Source of the DNA: Dipteris shenzhenensis
Lineage: Eukaryota
NCBI GenBank assembly: GCA_047967505.1
Contig: CM106538.1
Strand: one strand, 5' to 3'
Length of the DNA: 64,000 nucleotides
Part shown: piece after piece, positions 1 through 12,430 of the stretch
How the letters are laid out: every line of letters begins with the position of its first letter
How positions within the stretch are numbered: position 1 is the stretch's first letter
The notes under the pieces: model-generated
The model's database searches: none
Told to the model about the DNA's origin: nothing
The model's input: only the letters and a program-made list of their open reading frames with translations
Made by a program: the position numbers and the translations under genes

Positions 1-337
1 GTTTCTGTTTGTTCACTTCAGGGTCATCGGAGTCGAGCTTTCCTCGTGAAATTCGTAGATCATTGCTAAGGATCCGAAAATCAGCGATTCGGTACTCCAT
101 ACGCCGAATTTTGTTGTCAATCTGTCTCCAATCGGGGTGGAGCCCCATACGAAAGTAAAGAAGAGTCGTAAGATGAGGAGGAGGGTGGACGAAAGAGAGG
201 GAAGCGAGGAGGGGATCGAACTGGAAAGGGCGTTTGAGGAGGTGCAAATGGCGACGGAGGGAGGGGAAGCGGTGAAAGCTGGAGGCAAAGGGGGTAGCAG
301 AAAACAGGGAACCGGAGGCTTTGGAAACAGTTTCCAT
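1..337 (-). CDS. Probable first exon of a host gene running off the window start; N-terminus resembles an organellar transit peptide
   Basis: ATG at 337-335 in GCCATGG context. Frame is open to the window edge (METVSKASGSLFSATPFASSFHRFPSLRRHLHLLKRPF...DSDDPEVNKQK). Ser/Pro/Arg-rich start and retained CpGs, unlike surrounding TE DNA. Absent from the ORF track because it has no stop in the window. Confidence 0.45.
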   Translation of the reverse strand, partial: METVSKASGSLFSATPFASSFHRFPSLRRHLHLLKRPFQFDPLLASLSFVHPPPHLTTLLYFRMGLHPDWRQIDNKIRRMEYRIADFRILSNDLRISRGKLDSDDPEVNKQK

Positions 338-2904
338 GGCAATGCTAGGCTAGGCTAGCAGGGAGTTCCCCGCTGCCTCACTACCATGCGCAGGCTAAGA
401 TTGCCTATAGATGGCTCTACACACCTGACCTAGCAAGATTGCTTGCCCGCCCACATCCAGCCCACCGGTGGCCCAGATGCATCCGATGTACCCCACCGCC
501 TCTCGTCCACTTTTTTTGGCCTGCCCATCCCATGGGAAGGTTCAAGGCTGGGTTGAGACCATGGAGACACAAAATGGTTCGTCCATGGACTTGTCCATTA
601 AAGGAAAAGTTGTCCAGCCCACCCCCCACCCAAGCCCCGCCCTTGAGAAAAATGTGTTGTTTTGCCCCTCTGTCCGCCTGTTGTGAATACCACACGATCG
701 TGGTCCATCCGCGCTCCTTTACCGTCACTTGGTCTAAACCCAACCTAAGTGAACACTCGGGGATTTCTATTATGTATGAGGATTGTGCCGATCGTGCAAG
801 GAGTAGTGGCTTCATTAAAGGTGAATTATTTTGTCTTGAGGTGGAGTTAATGAGGGTGTAAAGTTTCGCCTCTCCTCGTTCTTTGGGGAAGCTTTCTCCG
901 CCTCTCTTCGTTGCGTGGGTTCTGCTCAAGTTCCTTCACTACGTTGTACTCCATGGGTTGTGCTGAGATTTTTGGGAAGCCTCACGGTAATTGCGTGTGG
1001 CCTTTTCAATGGCGTGAGTTTCTACACAATTGTGTTGATGAGCTTGTGGTGCGTTTTGAGTGCATTTGTTATAGAGGTGATGAGTCTACTGTGTTGGTTG
1101 CATGTCAGGTCTATGGTGGAGCTGGATTATTAGAAGAGAATAGCTTGATCAGTGGAGTTTTGTTTAGGTCTGTTAATCTAGCTCGGTTAAGAGAATAGCT
1201 TGGATCAGTGGAGCTTTGTTTGCATCATCATTGGAATAGCTTGGAATAGTTTGCATCACTAGAGCTGTGTGGTTGCATTGACAGGTATTAGTTGAATAGC
1301 TTGGATGAGCCTACTTTCGAGTCTCTTGTGTTGCTTACATGTTGGTTTGATGTTCAACATTGATTAGCAAACTTAAAATTGATTAGTACATGAATAGCGT
1401 GCATTGGAATAGCTTGGAGGAGTTTGGTCTTTCATCTGAGTTTGCTGTGTTGATATTGTGGTGAAGATCAATTAGCAAAGCTTTATTCTTCTATGGTTGG
1501 CTTGGATTGAAGGAAAATTTGTCATTTGATCATGTGCATGCTTCATTGAGGGTTTGGGCAATTCACTTTGTGCTACTTTTTGCGCTGGTGTGTAGTCTTC
1601 AATGGTTGCCTTCAATTCAAGGAGGGCAGGAGATATCACTAGGATAGGTTGCACTGAGGCAAACAATATTCTTCAAGTCTACTATTTCATTCTACTCTGC
1701 TGCATTGGTTGCATGTTGGCTTTGTGGTCGAGATGGATTAGGAGAGCTCTCTTGTTCCATCATTGGCTTAGACTGATGGAAGGATTCTTCATGGAGTGGG
1801 CTTCATGGAGTTGATTCAACGATTTGCTTCTTGATGCTTCTACATTGTTGGGTTCACTTCGATGGTTGACGAAAAAGCTCATTCTTTGAATACGGCCAGG
1901 TACTCTTGCTTCTTTTCACAATTTCGACGATTAATAGGTATTGCTTCTATGTTGGTGGGTTCTTGTGGATGGATGGCTTCGATTGAAGAAAAGATGGATG
2001 CTTCACATGCTTGCTTAATGGTTTGATGGATTCAGTCAAATTTGCAGTTCGTCTTTTGCATCCACCTAGGTGCTATTGCCTCTTTTATGGTTATGTTGGG
2101 CTAAGCGAAACTTTAAGAAGTCCAATCATCTAGCTTTTCAAGGAGAAGACATTACTTGATTTTCTTAGGAGTTGAAGCTTTTCGCTTCTCACCTTTACCA
2201 CCGATGCAATTCTTCTAGCTACATCAATCGAATCCCTCTGCCTATTCATCTAGCTTGGTCAGTCGAAATGATTGTGCTCTACATGTTGTTTCTAGTCAAT
2301 TTCGTGTGTCCTAGGAATCTCCTTGCTATGTGGATTCATCGCACCAAGTTTGTCTAGTAAAGCATGTATCGTTGTCTTCTATTGTGTTGTCCAGCTAAGA
2401 CTTTTCCATGTGCTTAGCTCTCCTATGGTGCTATATGTGAAGGCTTGTCAATCATTTTATTCTATACTTGGTTTTTCTGCTAGAGGAAAGTCTTAGATTG
2501 CACAAACCAATTCTTTTCACAGCTTCTCGATTGCTATGGATCTCATTCGATGTTATGGTCTTTGTTGTGTGAAAAGAACACCCGCTTCTCCCGCCAATGT
2601 CAGTCGTTTGTTTGGTTGCTTTGTGTATTCTTTGTCAGAACAATTGTATCGGGTTGGTGCTAGGCTTTGCATTTTCTCTTGATGAAAGTTTCATTGCCAA
2701 CCCTATGTCTTGAATATCTAAATATTGGTTGCAAGTGCATTCCACGGCTTTGAGTGGGGTTGTTGTGTTCTTGAACTATCAGTCTCAGCATGTGCAAGTA
2801 GCTTATATTAGTTTGTTGAAGACTTTCTTTGCCTTCACATAATATGTGTATCTTTATTGTGATAAAGCTTTTTGAAAGCTTGCTCCTATTCATGCACTAT
2901 GAAA

Positions 2905-3256
2905 TGTTGAGATATCGAGCTCCACTCGCGATATGCCAGGGTGACTGTTGTGCATTTATGTCACCGACTTGTTAGCTGGAGATGCGGTTGGTACACCGCC
3001 CACGAATAATAGCTGGATGACAGCTATCCTTATCTATACTAGTTCGTGGCTCAGTTAGTATGCCACCTTAGTTAGTTGAGTTTGGTTTGAGACCCACATA
3101 TAGGGTTCTTCTATTTCTTTGTACTAGAGTTCTTTTGGCTTACACAACTAAGAAGAGGAAAACTGTTTTCAGCCTCCACCTTTGTGTGTACTCCCCCATT
3201 GTGCATGTGAGAAAGCCGCAAGTGAGACTCCTTCCCTCTCTCCCACTATCTTCACA
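2905..3256 (+). repeat. 5' LTR of Copia A1
   Basis: Direct repeat of 8115-8466 and 60962-61311; starts TGTTG, ends CA, followed by the PBS. Confidence 0.96.
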
Positions 3257-3268
3257 TGGTATCAGAGC
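3257..3268 (+). other. Primer binding site (tRNA-iMet) of Copia A1
   Basis: TGGTATCAGAGC immediately after the LTR. Confidence 0.93.
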
Positions 3269-3800
3269 CTTGTTCGTGGTAAGGAGCTCAAGAAAGCAAG
3301 CCAAGTTCGTGGTGTCCTGGTAAGAGGACCAGTGTTGCTTTCCTATTTCGAGTTTGGGAGCAAATCTCTGCAGGTAGCACAGCCAAAAGTGCAAGAGTGC
3401 ACTGTCTCAGATTGAGATGCCCTTCGCGGTGTGGCGAGAGCGCAGTATATGCTGCGGGAAAGGGCAAAGCCCTTGGTGACGTTATTTTTCTGATTCGAGG
3501 TCATTTTGGGGCCCGTTTTGGAGACAGAAGTTCTCTGCAGGCACTCAGAAAAAGGCCATGTTTTTGCTGTGCGACCACTCTTCTGCGGGTCGGTGAAAAG
3601 TTGCCGCAGAAATTGCATCGTATGCCTGTGTGCAGAGATATTGGGAGTTGCAGATTCATGCCTGTTGCCTGTTGATGCAAAATCGTCACTAGGAAGTGAC
3701 TGTGTGGTGAAATACCACTTTCGTCAGTTTTGCAGATCTGCCCGTGTGAGGCAAAAAGCTGTGTTTTTTGCAGTGACATAATATTTTGCAGTGTTCTGTA

Positions 3801-6800
3801 ATGGCATCTGATTCTCTTTCACAGATTGTCACTGAAAAGCTTGACAAGAACAACTTCCAGGCATGGAAGTTTAGAATGACGAATTTCTTGATGGGAAAAG
3901 GCTATTGGGAATTCATTACAGGAAATGAAGAAGAACCTGTTCTTCCTAATGTTCCCAGTCAACAGGAAATGCAGGCATTTAAAGGATGGCATGAGATAGC
4001 CAGGAAAGTTATGTACTGGCTGTCTATCAGTATTTCGGACTCCATGATTGTGCATATTCAGGATGCAAATACGCCAAAGGAGGCATGGGATACTTTGGCA
4101 AAAATGTACAGCACAAATACGCAAGCCAGGAAAACGCAACTCAAACAGGAGTTGCACAATGTGCAAAGAGAAAATTTGAGCATAAATGATTACCACATGA
4201 AAGTGAAGAAAATTGCAGATGCACTTGCTTCCATTGGGTCGCCAGTGGATGATGACGATTTGGTCTCTGTGACCTTGAATGGTCTAGGAAAGGATTATGC
4301 ACAGTTCCGGACATCCATTGCCGTCCGTGAAAAATTTCCTGATTTTGAGGAGTTGATTGCTCTTCTAATTTCTGAAGAGCAAAGAAATGGGGGTGCATCT
4401 TCTTCAGCAGGAACTTCAAAAGAAACTGTCTTCTACTCAAATGCTGGCAGAGGTAGAGGCAGAGGTAGAGGAGGCCGATAGGCCGTGGTAGAAATCAGAA
4501 TATGCAGCAAACGCAAGAAAACCAGTCCTATGCAGGAGGACGTGGTAACTCTAGAGGCAGGGGGAGTCAAAGAGGCCGTGGTGGATGGCAGAGAGGCCAA
4601 AATGCAAACAGCAATATTGAATGCTACTATTGTGGCAAAATGGGTCATATGGCTAAGGACTGCTATAAAAAGCAGAATGACATTATGAATGGAAAATTGC
4701 AGCAAGGCAATTATGCATCCTCTAGTAGACAGGGTGATGACAGAAATGAGCATTTGTTTATGGTGCAGCATATGACAAATTCTGTAACAAGTGCAGAAGA
4801 AAGCAATGATGTGTGGTATGTTGACTCGGGTGCGTTAAACCACATGACAGGTCACGCTGAATGGATGCAGGATGCAAGCAAAATGGAAAAACCAGGATTT
4901 GTGGAGACTGGTGATGATATTGCACATCCTATTGTGCAGATTGGCAAAATTCCTTTGTCTATGCAAGATGGGAAAAAGAAATACTTGTCTGATGTATTTC
5001 ATGTCCCGAACATCACCAAGGTTTCTGTTGGTCAAATGGTTGAGCAGGGCTTGCAGGTTAGATTTAATCCTCATGGATGCTTTGTTGAGGATATGAAAAA
5101 TAACGGTCACTTGATAGCAAAAGGAAAGAAGAAGGGCAGGATGTTTACGTTGGATGCAGACATGCCTGAATTGAGTGCAGCAATGTTTGCACATGGGACC
5201 GGTGTAGTTGCAGATATTGATATCTGGCACAAACGCATTGGTCATGTTAATATACAGCGACTTAAATCAATGCAAGCCCAAAATATTGTTGCAGGATTGC
5301 CAAAATTCAAGGTTGCAGAAATGCACAAGGTTTGTGAAGCCTGTCAATTTGGGAAACAGGCAAGGAAACCTTTTCCTAGGCATGTTCAAGAGAGTAAAAA
5401 GCCATTGGAATTAATCCACTCTGATGTGTGGACTACAAAAGCTGCATCTATTGGAGGCTGTCACTATTTTGTCACATTTATTGATGACTTCAGCAGAAAA
5501 CTGTGGGTGTATTTTATGAAAAAGAAAAGTGAAGTGTTTGGGCACTTCAAAGCTTTCAAAGCTATGGTTGAAAAAGAAACAGGCCTGCAAATAAAATGCC
5601 TAAGGTCAGATGGAGGGGGAGAGTACCTCTCAAATGAGTTTGCAAGGTTCTTGCAGGAGCATGGTATAAAGCAGCGATATTCATGCAGTCATACCCCACA
5701 GCAAAATGGAATTGCAGAAAGAAAAAACAGGCATATTGGAGAGGTATCTTGGGCTATGCTAAATGAAAAAGATCTACCAGATTATTATTGGGCTGAAGCA
5801 GTTGCTACAGCAGTCTATATAATGAACAGGACTCCCACTGCAACAATACATGACATGACGCCAGAGGAGATGTATACTGGTAGGAAACCAGATATTTCTC
5901 ATTTGAAGATTTTTGGTTGCATTGCCTATGTCCATGTGCCAGATGAGTTGAGGTCCAAGTTGGATCCAAAAGCTGAGAACTGCGTCTTTATTGGTTATTC
6001 TGTGTAATAGAAAGGGTATAGATGCTATAACCCTTCTACACGTAAGTTCACAGTGAGCAGAGATGTTGTTTTTGATGAGATGAGCAGCTGGTATAAACCA
6101 GTAAATGTGATGATTGATGTAGATGCACAGAATGGTAATGCTGCACAGAATGCACAGCAGCAATCACAAAATATCAGTGGACTTGGAGTGTCCTCTACCA
6201 GTGGTTCACATACTTCGCCATGGACAGGCAGATTGAGATCAGGAGAATCCCCTAAAAGCAATGCAGAGAGTGGTACGCAGGTATCATGAAAAGGAAAAGA
6301 GAAGGTAGATCAGCCCATGTATGATGTGAATGCAGGTCACTCTTGTGTGGATGGTGAATCCAGTGGCTCAGAACAGAGCATTGATGATGAGTTGGGTATT
6401 CCTTCTATTGTTACACCTGGAGTAAGGAAGACCAGGGATGTTTTGAGAGCACCTGGAAGTGAGCCTATTTTGCGCAGGTCTACCAGGGTTAGGTATCCTG
6501 TGGATAGGCTGAAATATGATGGATTTACAGCCATTCACTATGCCTATATGGTCAAAGTGATACAAGAACCAGAACCCACTTCTTTTGAGCAAGCCATGGG
6601 AAATGAAAAATGGGAGAAAGCCATGGATGAAGAAATGGATGCCTTGGATGCTAATGCTACATGGGAATTGGTGCCTTTGCCTAAAGGCAAGAATGCAATT
6701 GGTTGTAAGTGGGTTTATAAGATCAAGCACAATGCAGATGGTTCTGTGAATAGATACAAGGCAAGATTAGTTGTCAAGGGGTATGCACAGACATATGGCA

Positions 6801-8154
6801 TTGATTATGAAGAAACTTTCAGCCCGGTTGCAAGGATGGCAACCGTAAGAGCAGCCATTGCTATGGCTGCATCAAAGGGATGGTCTTTACATCAGATGCA
6901 TGTAAAGAATCCCTTCTTGCATGGTGATTTGCAAGAAGAGGTCTTTATGGAGCAGCCAGCAGGTTATGTTCATGCTATTCATCCCGAGTTTGTTTGCAGG
7001 TTGAAGAAAGCCTTGTATGGCTTGAAGCAAGCACCTAGAGCATGGTCTGATAAGATAGGACAGTATCTTGTCACTATTGGCTTTCAGATTTCCAAGGCAG
7101 ATTTCTCACTCTATGTGAGAAAAACAGAGAAAGGGATTATGCTGCTGGTCATTTATGTTGATGATTTGATCATCACTTGATCATCACAGGTAATAGTGAT
7201 GAAGATATCCTTCATGTGAAAATGCTATTGAGGCAGAAGTTTGAGATGAAGGATTTGGGAGAGCTGCGTTATTTCTTGGGCATTGAGGTGATTAGATCAC
7301 CAAGTGGGATACAGCTCTTGCAGAGGCAGTATGGATTGGACATGCTGTCCAAATATGGGATGACAGGCTGTAAGCCTATTTCAGTTCCTTTGGAGCAGAA
7401 TGTGAAGCTGAGTGCAGATGCAGGTGAGCTTCTAGAGGACCCTACTATGTACAAACGCATAGTAGGAAGTTTGATTTACATGACTATTACCAAGCCAGAT
7501 TTGAGCTATGCTGTTGGGTTGGTAAGTCAGTTTATGCAGGCTCCAAGGAAACCACATTTGGATGCGGCTAGACGCATACTCAGGTATGTGAAGTCCACAT
7601 TGCAGTATGGACTATTTTATGAGGCTGGGGTTCAGATACAGTTGCATGGATACACTAATGCTGATTGGGCTGGTAGCATTTCAGATAGACGATCTACCAG
7701 TGGATATGTGTTCTCTTTTGGGAGTGCTGCAGTCACTTGGAGCAGCAAGAAACAGCCTACAGTTGCCTTGTCGAGCACAGAGGCTGAGTACATTGCTGCA
7801 TGTGAGGTAGCTTGGTTCCATAAGCTACTTTATGATATGCATCAGTCTACAGATGGGCCGATTGTCATTTATTGTGACAACATGAGCAGTATACATTTGG
7901 CAAAGAACCCAGTCTTTCATGCTAGAACAAAGCACATTGAGGTGCATTATCACTATGTGCGGGAGAAGGTTTTACTAGGTCTTATTGATCTAGTTTATGT
8001 CAGCATAGAGGATCAGGTAGCTGACATATTCACGAAAGCATTGGGCGCAGAGAAGCTGCGCAAGCTCAGAGACCTGCTTGGTGTGCAGGATTTGGGATTG
8101 AGCTCGAGGGGGAGTGTTGAGATATCAAGCTCCACTCGCGATATGCCAGGGTGA
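3801..8154 (+). pseudogene. Disrupted gag-pol of Copia A1
   Basis: Gag, CCHC knuckle CYYCGKMGHMAKDC, protease WYVDSGA, integrase (LIHSDVW, LRSDGGGEY, PQQNGIAERKNR), RT YVDDL, RNase H (TKHIEVHYHYVRE, ADIFTKAL). Lesions: frameshift/stop at 4479-4481, stops at 6005 and 6287, 11-bp duplication at 7166-7187. Confidence 0.95.
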
Positions 8155-8466
8155 CTGTTGTGCATTTATGTCACCGACTTGTTAGCTGGAGATGCGGTTG
8201 GTACACCGCCCACGAATAATAGCTGGATGACAGCTATCCTTATCTACACTAGTTCGTGGCTCAGTTAGTATGCCACCTTAGTTAGTTGAGTTTGGTTTGA
8301 GACCCACATATAGGGTTCTTCTATTTCTTTGTACTAGAGTTCTTTTGGCTTACACAACCAAGAAGAGGAAAACTGTTTTCAGCCTCCACCTTTGTGTGTA
8401 CTCCCCCATTGTGCATGTGAGAAAGGCGCAAGTGAGACTCCTTCCCTCTCTCCCACTATCTTCACA
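8115..8466 (+). repeat. 3' LTR of Copia A1
   Basis: Preceded by PPT, followed by TSD TGAAA. Confidence 0.96.
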
Positions 8467-8740
8467 TGAAATACATTACAAGATCTGAGTCTCTTTTCTA
8501 CCAAATTTTTTCTAGCTTCTGGATTCGTAGATTATGAATTACCCTTTGTGTGGACTACATCTTGGACACCCTTTGTACAAATCTTTTTTTGAGTGTGTCA
8601 TAGCAGTTAAACTTCTTCGTACATTTCTTATCTTCATCCATGATTATGCTCTCACTTTTCAGGGAAGCATGACATCCAACGTTGCAATTGAATTTTGTCC
8701 ATGAAACATCTATCTCATGAAAATTTTGTCTTCAAGAGAC

Positions 8741-9755
8741 TTGAATCCATTGCAAAATAATTTCAATTTCTTTCAATACTTTCCTTGTGATACAAACATA
8801 TTCTTAGCTCTTGCATCCTTCCTTAATCATGAAATTTCCATAGAGAACTTGAAGTACATGGCCTTTTCAAGCATGGTTGAAGCAGTAAAGTTTAGCCAAT
8901 AAGATCTCATGCTTCTTTACTGTTGCTTCTTCAAATAGAATGAAGCAACTTCTGAAGAAGTAGTCATAAGATGAAAAACTTCTACATTGCTACAAACCAC
9001 TTTAAACTTCCAAAGAAGTAGTCATAAGACAAAAAACTTCTACATTACTACAAACACTTCAAACTTGAGAATGTTAATTCATCACATCTCCTATGTTGTC
9101 ACAAAATATGATGAGTTGGATGTTGTCGGTCCTAACCTACAAAAACCTTTAGAGAGTGCACTCTATAACCTATAATGCAAACACTAGTGCATACAAAGAT
9201 GATTATAGTGCTTGAGATGCTCAATGCCACCTTCTTTATATCCCCAGGCACAAATAATGATCATAGTCATTAAAAGCATGCATGATGGCTTCTAGAGGAA
9301 GGAATGAATGCATTGCAAAATGATTTCCATTTCTTTCAACCATTCTCTTCCAATACAAACATATTATTAGCTCTTGCATCCTTCCTCAATCATGAAATTT
9401 CTATGGACAAAGACTTGAACTGCATGGCCATTTCAAGCATAGTTGACGTAGTAAAGTTGAGACAACATGATTTCATGCTCCTTTGTCATTGCTTCTTCAA
9501 AGAGAACCAGGTTACTTTTGAAGAGGTAGCCATAAGATATAAAACTACATTGCTACAATCAACTTTGAGCTAAGAAAGTTACTTCATCACATCTCCCATG
9601 TTGTAGAAAATTTGATAAATTGGACCTTGTCATTAGTGACCTACAAGAACCTTCAAAGAGGACACATTATATTATAATGCAAACACCAGTGTGACTCATG
9701 AAAATATGATTATAGTGCTCATTCCCAAGCATAGATAGAGTGACGGCTTCTAGAG
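8741..9755. repeat. Diverged tandem duplication (units about 8741-9300 and 9304-9755)
   Basis: Shared collinear blocks such as TTAGCTCTTGCATCCTTCCT.AATCATGAAATTTC and GGCTTCTAGAGGA; an extra ~59-bp internal duplication at about 8957-9066. Confidence 0.8.
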
Positions 9756-10119
9756 GAGAAAGAACTAATAAGCGACTTGATAGAAATTTATACCAACCTT
9801 CCTTAATAGATAATTATTAAAGAGTTCAAAAGACTCCCCCCCAGAACAAACAAATGAAGAGTCCAAAAGACTCTACCCCAGAACAAACAAACAAATTCAA
9901 GAAAAAGTATATAGACTACACAAGCAACAAAAGAAGTTGGGGGCTGCGTCAAGTATATGTGGCCAACATGGAATGACTGCTTGAAATATCTCACCCAAGA
10001 AATTGAAATACTCGGCACACATTCAAATCCATGCTCTTCATGCAACAATTTAATTTTCAACAAACAACTACAAAAACTAAATCAAACCTGCCTTTGTGCT
10101 CTTGATGCTGCACTTAATT

Positions 10120-10715
10120 CTGCACATTGGAACCTTGTTCTACAAACAAGTTACTTATTTGCAGGGCCACAAAAAAGGGAATTGGCCATGTAGAGCTGGC
10201 TTCCCAAAGCCACGCTTGTGGAAAACTTGCATTTAATTAATACTTGACAAAGACCCAAAATTTTGTCAGCCAGACTATGAAGCATTAGCAAGAGAAATCA
10301 TTAACTATCTACATGATCTCCAATATGATGCAACTATTTCCTTTGATGAATGGTTATATTGCTACAGACAATGGAAGAAAATTATGTTGAAGCACTCAAG
10401 TATTCAACCACAAAAATGTTGGTCCTAATGAAAAGATATACAAAAGACATCTACGCCAACAACTTCAACCCTAACCTCTCTTGACTATGGGATGCCAACA
10501 TAGACATACAATTCATCTTAAATGCACATGGCACAATAGCCTACTACACTTTCTACATGACAAAGGTCGATAGAACTGCAAGCAAAGCCATGAAAGAAGT
10601 GTTTGATTATTGCCAAAAAAAAAACCTTAGCATATTTGAATGTTTGCAAAAGCTTGAGAACACAATGATAAATACATAGAATTGAGCTCGCAACAACAAA
10701 CTGCTTACATAAGAT
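10120..10715 (+). pseudogene. Helentron/Helitron2-type Rep (HUH endonuclease) fragment
   Basis: Manual translation: KKGNWPCRAGFPKP...SFDEWL...YVEALKYSTTKMLVLMKRYTKDIYANNFNPNLS*LWDANIDIQFILNAHGTIAYYTFYMTKVDR. This resembles the Helentron Rep pattern CRFxFP...LKR...NNYNP..L.AW.ANMDIQFVL..YA...Y...YxxK. Confidence 0.75.
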
Positions 10716-11344
10716 TGCGTGCTATATCTAAATTCAAACACTGTAATGACACTATCTTGCTTGGCCGATGCTAAACAATTTCAAGGGTTGAATTCTAAAA
10801 GGCCTCATTGCATATTTAAATCAAACGTAGGTCTCATTATTGAGAAGCCTATTTGTGAAAACTATGGAGCTTATGGTCATAAAATTGTCTTGTCCCATTT
10901 CCCACAGATAAGGCCAACCTATGATACAATGGATTGGGATTATTGTGACAAACATAGATAGGCCAAATTTCAATAGCAAAAGTACACTTAATTTGGATGA
11001 TTAAGATGAGACTACCATATAATATTACTATATTACTCGGTATGATTTGCATATGAGTGGGGGGATTGTATAAAGTAATGGCGGGTTATATAAATAGAGT
11101 AAGGGGGGAAATCCTAGCCTTATGCAAGTACAAGCGGAGCTTTGCCACTACTCTACACACACATTCTGTGCTACCTAAGTCCATGTTAGCATAGAGGAAA
11201 CAGACTCCCGAATCCATTTTATAAACCATCATCGAGTTATGGCTTATTGTGATGATCACAGAGTTGGGATGCCATGCGTGTAATCCAGTGGCTGTGGAAC
11301 TTGTGTCGTGCCAGTCGATCTTGCTGGTAAAGCCTTGGCACCAT

Positions 11345-11638
11345 ACAATTTTTGCTCTATTCCAAGGAGCCTGTATCTACCATTTGTTCAAACAGAGATA
11401 TGTGGCATGCTTCTAAGAAGATGACTCTTTGATAGAGTCATCTTGTAATCTGAGGATCGATCCGTTCATTGGGATTGAAACTGAGTGGAGGAAAATCGCA
11501 GTCGATGTGGATGGGGACCTCCAGAATGTATTCCAATGTTTTGCAGAAGATAGCACTTTGGCAAAGGATGCGGTTGGTGTTGCTGCGCATTATTTGCTCA
11601 TGCTATTGAAGTGCTTGGATCAGTGTGCCTTGGATATT
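11345..11638 (-). pseudogene. Unidentified TE-associated ORF remnant, copy 1
   Basis: Translates to TLIQAL...LEYILEVPIHIDCDFPPLSFNPNERIDPQ...LYQRVIFL...LFEQMVDTG; aligns without gaps to 13921-14219. Confidence 0.6.
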
Positions 11639-11697
11639 CCATTGAGAAAAGAAGGGGGTAGGGGGGGGGATATGTATAGTTCAAAAGTGTTGGTATG

Positions 11698-12430
11698 TCA
11701 CACACACACACACACACACTCAGAGGCCCACCCCACCATCCCAAAGGGTAAGACCACATGGTGAGGAGTAAGCCCACTATGTGGAACTTACTCCCCACCT
11801 AAAAATGTAGTAATTTATTTAAACCAAGAAAATAATAATTGAAAAGGATGTGCTTAGATAAGTGCTACGACAAGTGTCAATAATGGTTTAAAGGGAGGGG
11901 AAGCAATTGTAGAGTGACTACTCTCACCGAATTTTACTACAAAAGGAATCCATTGGTTCTACAAGTCAAATTTAATAGTTAGTATAAAAAATTAAGGGGA
12001 ATCACAAATGACTAAGAGTTATCCATACCAAATAATTTTCCAATGAGTACAAATTAATTGTATGGTACTAGCCTGACAAGGGCTAGTTGGAAAATTGAGG
12101 TATGTGTTTAGATTTAATAGTTCCATTAATAAGTGAACCATACGATTAATTTCGTCATTTGGATAATAAAGTTATATATGAGATAATTAAAAATTATTTG
12201 TGATAACTAACTTGAAAAAGTTAAACAAATTGAGAGTTTTCCTCCTTAATATAAAGTTTGCAAAAATTTTTGATAAAATTATTATTATTTAAATAAATTG
12301 AGTTTTTTAAAAAAAGATTTCAGGTCCACTTTCCTGCTACCATCCAAATAAACTATATTTTAGAATCGTATAGCTTAAATTAGGCAGACAAGTAATGCAT
12401 GTGCTCCCTAGCTTATTATTGCTTTATATA
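11698..12430 (-). repeat. Dispersed (CA)n-flanked repeat with subterminal hairpin; inverted relative of 51180-52350
   Basis: 11745-11800 is the reverse complement of 51224-51280; about 12290-12430 matches the reverse complement of about 52140-52320; abuts (CA)n at 11698-11719. Confidence 0.7.

Larger units (their letters stand above)
2905..8466 (+). mobile_element. Ty1/Copia LTR retrotransposon, family A copy 1 (full length, disabled)
   Basis: 352-bp TG...CA LTRs at 2905-3256 and 8115-8466 (4 mismatches by eye). Perfect TSD TGAAA (2900-2904, 8467-8471). PBS TGGTATCAGAGC, PPT GAGGGGGAG (8106-8114). Domain order gag-PR-INT-RT-RH. Confidence 0.97.

Noticed and set aside
417-929. Overlapping 140-170 aa ORFs on both strands
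   Set aside because: No recognisable domain, near-cognate starts, GC-rich promoter-like sequence
3819-7460. Minus-strand ORFs overlapping A1 pol (and equivalents in other elements)
   Set aside because: Shadow frames of the retroelement coding strand
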